Source: Macrostomum hystrix (taxonomy: Eukaryota > Animalia > Platyhelminthes). From it: a stretch of 64,000 nucleotides of DNA. The position numbers were made by a program, and so were the translations under genes. The DNA is taken from NCBI GenBank assembly GCA_950097015.1, contig CATNEN010000005.1, positions 2,294,001 to 2,358,000 of the forward strand, given 5' to 3'. Shown in pieces: positions 63,195 to 64,000 of this stretch (position 1 is the stretch's first letter; every line of letters begins with the position of its first letter). Below the pieces are notes generated by a model that made no database searches, had not been told where the DNA came from, and saw only the letters and a list, made by a program, of their open reading frames with translations.

Positions 63195-63775
63195 CCGCTC
63201 AGATCCTTCCGCTCTCTACCGTCAGATCCATTCGCTCTCTACCCTCCGACTCTTCCGCTGTCTACCCTCAGATCTATCCGCTCTCTACCCTCAGATCCAT
63301 CCGCTCTCTACCCTCCGACATTTCTGCTGTATACCCTCAGATCCATTCGCTCTCTACCCTCTGACATTTCCGCTGTCTACCCTCAGATCCTTCCGCTCTC
63401 TACCCTCAGATCCATCCGCTCTCTACCCTCCGACATTTCTGCTGTATACCCTCAGATCCATTCGCTCTCTACCCTCTGACATTTCCGCTGTCTACCCTCA
63501 GATCCTTCCGCTCTCTACCCTCAGATCCATCCATTATCTCCACTGAGACCCTTCCGCTCTCTACCCTCCGAAATCTCCGCTCTCTACCCTTAAACTTTTC
63601 CGCTCTCTACCCTGACACTTTTTCGCTCTCTACCCTCAAGCTTTTCCGCTCTCTACTCTCAATTTTTTCCGCTCTCTGCCCTCACAATTTTCCGCTCTCT
63701 TCCCTCAAACTTTTCCGCTCTCTATCCTCGAATCCATCATCTCTCTACCCTCCGACCCTTCCGCTCGATCTCTCC
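63195..63775. repeat. ~23-bp pyrimidine-rich minisatellite (CAGATCCTTCCGCTCTCTACCCT)
   Basis: About 25 copies with variant blocks and a degenerate right end. Confidence 0.9.
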
Positions 63776-64000
63776 GTGAAAGGTTCAAAGCAAGAAGGCA
63801 GAAATAGGAGCAGTTGAGTAGGCATCAAGTGCTCACTAGTTTTAGGTGTAATCTAAGTGCAAGACACCAATCAGAAAGTGGTTCATTCATATTTTGCTAA
63901 CATTCTACGAGTATTCTCTCTAAGACTAAATGTCCTATATTTGACACTATAAGCTTATAAGCAATGGGCTAAATAGGATGGATGGATAAATTCGTTTGCA

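Overview
AT-rich animal genomic DNA with GT-AG introns, not prokaryotic. Gene style (CAG-rich coding regions, tRNA-derived SINEs, many 16-57 bp minisatellites) suggests a lophotrochozoan, possibly a Macrostomum-like flatworm; this is inference. Six protein genes can be built with phase-consistent exons: (1) a partial minus-strand low-complexity/coiled-coil gene running off the left edge; (2) proteasome beta-1 subunit (PSMB6-like); (3) a six-exon 512-aa type-I membrane protein (signal peptide, Ig-like domain, Cys-rich GCC/ephrin-receptor-like repeats, TM) whose ectodomain recalls ZPBP/Sp38; (4) a START lipid-transfer protein; (5) a 661-aa polyQ/H protein with an unassigned beta-rich domain; (6) a B-type-like muscarinic receptor with an intronless CDS. 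Also present: two tRNA-SINE families (two copies each; one with a MIR/CORE-like central domain), an internally deleted mariner element with compensating frameshifts, and about 27 kb (roughly 40%, summed by hand) of tandem arrays. Nearly all long ORFs at 9-11.6 kb and 38-57 kb are repeat artefacts. I found no CRISPR array, rRNA or intact tRNA, and no clearly new multi-gene system. The best leads are the ZPBP-like membrane gene, the unassigned beta-rich protein, the CORE-like SINE, the damaged mariner and a hairpin core shared by several minisatellites.
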